DNA from: Opitutales bacterium
GTDB lineage: Bacteria > Verrucomicrobiota > Verrucomicrobiia > Opitutales > UBA9783
Direction: 5' to 3'
DNA: 16,842 nt
Assembly (NCBI GenBank): GCA_024407725.1
Contig: JAKSVZ010000016.1
Coordinates: forward strand, 1 to 16,842
Shown here: positions 15,953-16,842 of the stretch, in pieces
Layout: every line of letters begins with the position of its first letter
How positions within the stretch are numbered: position 1 is the first letter of the stretch
Translations under genes and position numbers: made by a program
Notes under the pieces: model-generated
Databases searched by the model: none
What the model saw: only the letters and a program-made list of their open reading frames with translations
What the model was told of the DNA's origin: nothing

Positions 15953-16842
15953 TTACTTAGGTAGATGATCCCAGATGCTGATATTTGGGTCGAAATCCTT
16001 ACCGCCGATGATCTGCCGATTTTGTTCGATATACGGCCTATGTTCATTAAAGAGGTGGTTGAGGATAAAGCGATAGAGGTTGATAAACTTGAGATCTTTT
16101 GCATCGGCTTTCCAGGTGTCGGGAATATAGAGTGCCAAGAGGTTGCCAAAATGGGAATCTACTTTATCTCCGTTTGTAAGTGTTCCTAATCCATGGTCTG
16201 AATGGAGGATGATAATCGGAGGGTTAGGTTGTTGGGTTAATTGCTTTAGAATAGGCAGCACCATGGCATCGATTCCGGCAATATTGGCACGTATCTGTGA
16301 AGTATATGCATCTGTTTGTTTCTTTTGCTCCTGAATAGTGAGTCCGTAGGTAGCAGATGCATTGTCTGAAAAGACGAAAGGTGGGTGCGGGCATAGGATG
16401 TGTGTATAACGGTAAATGGGTTGGTGATCGCTTGGAGATAAGAGCCATTCTAGACAGATGTAGTGTCCCGAATGAGTTGTATGGCAATCCGCCAAAAAAT
16501 ATGATAGCAATGTGTTTGTAAGTATTGATAGGGTAATATCTTTAATATTATGGTAAATACATTTAATATAATAATTTGGATAGAATATGCCTATTATACA
16601 TTGAGATATTGCAATCTCTGTTTTGTAGCCGTGTTTCATTAGTGTATCGAACACAGGGCTATTTTTAGACAAGCCATAGAGGGTAGTATCTTTTAGCTTG
16701 GTCTCATCACCTAGTAAATAATCCATGTTCAGCATAGAAGGGACAGACCAATGGGTCATGCAGTAATTAGATCTTGATTTTGGGAAAGTGATGAAGCCGA
16801 GTTTATTGAGTTCATCGTAAAAGGGTTGTAGGTCATAGCCGA
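15953..16842 (-). CDS. Sulfatase-family (alkaline-phosphatase superfamily) hydrolase/transferase, 5'-truncated by the window edge
   Basis: The reading frame stays open past the first in-window Met (16759) to nt 16842, reading ...GYDLQPFYDELNKLGFITFPKSRSNYCMTHWSVPSML. The motifs THWSVPSMLN, YTHILCPHPPF and PIIILHSDHG are typical of sulfatase/LtaS/EptA-like catalytic domains. Confidence 0.55.
   Translation of the reverse strand, partial: GYDLQPFYDELNKLGFITFPKSRSNYCMTHWSVPSMLNMDYLLGDETKLKDTTLYGLSKNSPVFDTLMKHGYKTEIAISQCIIGIFYPNYYIKCIYHNIKDITLSILTNTLLSYFLADCHTTHSGHYICLEWLLSPSDHQPIYRYTHILCPHPPFVFSDNASATYGLTIQEQKKQTDAYTSQIRANIAGIDAMVLPILKQLTQQPNPPIIILHSDHGLGTLTNGDKVDSHFGNLLALYIPDTWKADAKDLKFINLYRFILNHLFNEHRPYIEQNRQIIGGKDFDPNISIWDHLPK

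Noticed and set aside
15901-16487. Track ORFs 15901..16149(-), 15965..16189(+), 16143..16334(+) and 16224..16487(-)
   Set aside because: They overlap the sulfatase-family frame, which has the HPPF and SDHG motifs. They are shadow ORFs.
1-16842. Scan by eye for CRISPR-like spaced repeats, IS inverted repeats, long direct repeats, rRNA or other structured RNAs, and defence-type genes
   Set aside because: I found none. Intergenic space is limited to short gaps (at most about 115 nt), and every long ORF has a housekeeping or envelope-type assignment except the two small orphans. A computational repeat search would be needed to exclude short dispersed repeats.

Overview
The window is almost entirely coding and looks like a chromosomal core region of a Gram-negative-type bacterium. 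The taxon cannot be determined from the sequence. Missing Shine-Dalgarno motifs, an archaeal/eukaryote-like ProRS C-terminus and a DUF1343 gene fit a Bacteroidota-like or PVC-like lineage, but that is a guess.

There are three transcription blocks:
(i) Minus strand, 6314 to 191: a UDP-glucuronate-4-epimerase-like SDR, a SAM methyltransferase, alaS and an OleC-like acyl-AMP ligase. This block converges on the 3' end of proS, and the two stop codons share one TTAA.
(ii) Plus strand, 6430 to 10610: a signal-peptide beta-barrel-like protein, an MsbA/PglK-type fused ABC exporter, an FdtA/QdtA-type 3,4-ketoisomerase, a DegT-type aminotransferase and tRNA-Val(CAC).
(iii) Minus strand, 16842 to 10621: a 5'-truncated sulfatase-family gene, secG, tRNA-Ala(CGC), prfA, a DUF1343/NamZ-like gene, a His/Cys-rich orphan, murA and an acidic disordered orphan.

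I found no CRISPR array, IS element, integrase, toxin-antitoxin pair or recognisable defence gene, and no long repeats by eye. I do not see a clearly self-contained novel multi-gene system.

The best candidates for follow-up are:
(a) the unclassifiable His/Cys-rich, N/Q-tailed 164-aa protein wedged between the NamZ-like gene and murA;
(b) the compact barrel / ABC exporter / ketoisomerase / aminotransferase module, which may be an envelope amino-sugar export unit;
(c) a stand-alone OleC-like ligase tightly coupled to alaS.

Three ORF-track starts are non-ATG codons (TTG 1834, TTG 5383, GTG 9401). Each has an in-frame ATG just downstream: the ATGs at 1810 and 5356 remove the overlap with the upstream gene, and the ATG at 9413 shortens it from 32 to 20 nt. 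All family assignments come from motif recognition by eye. No database search was run.
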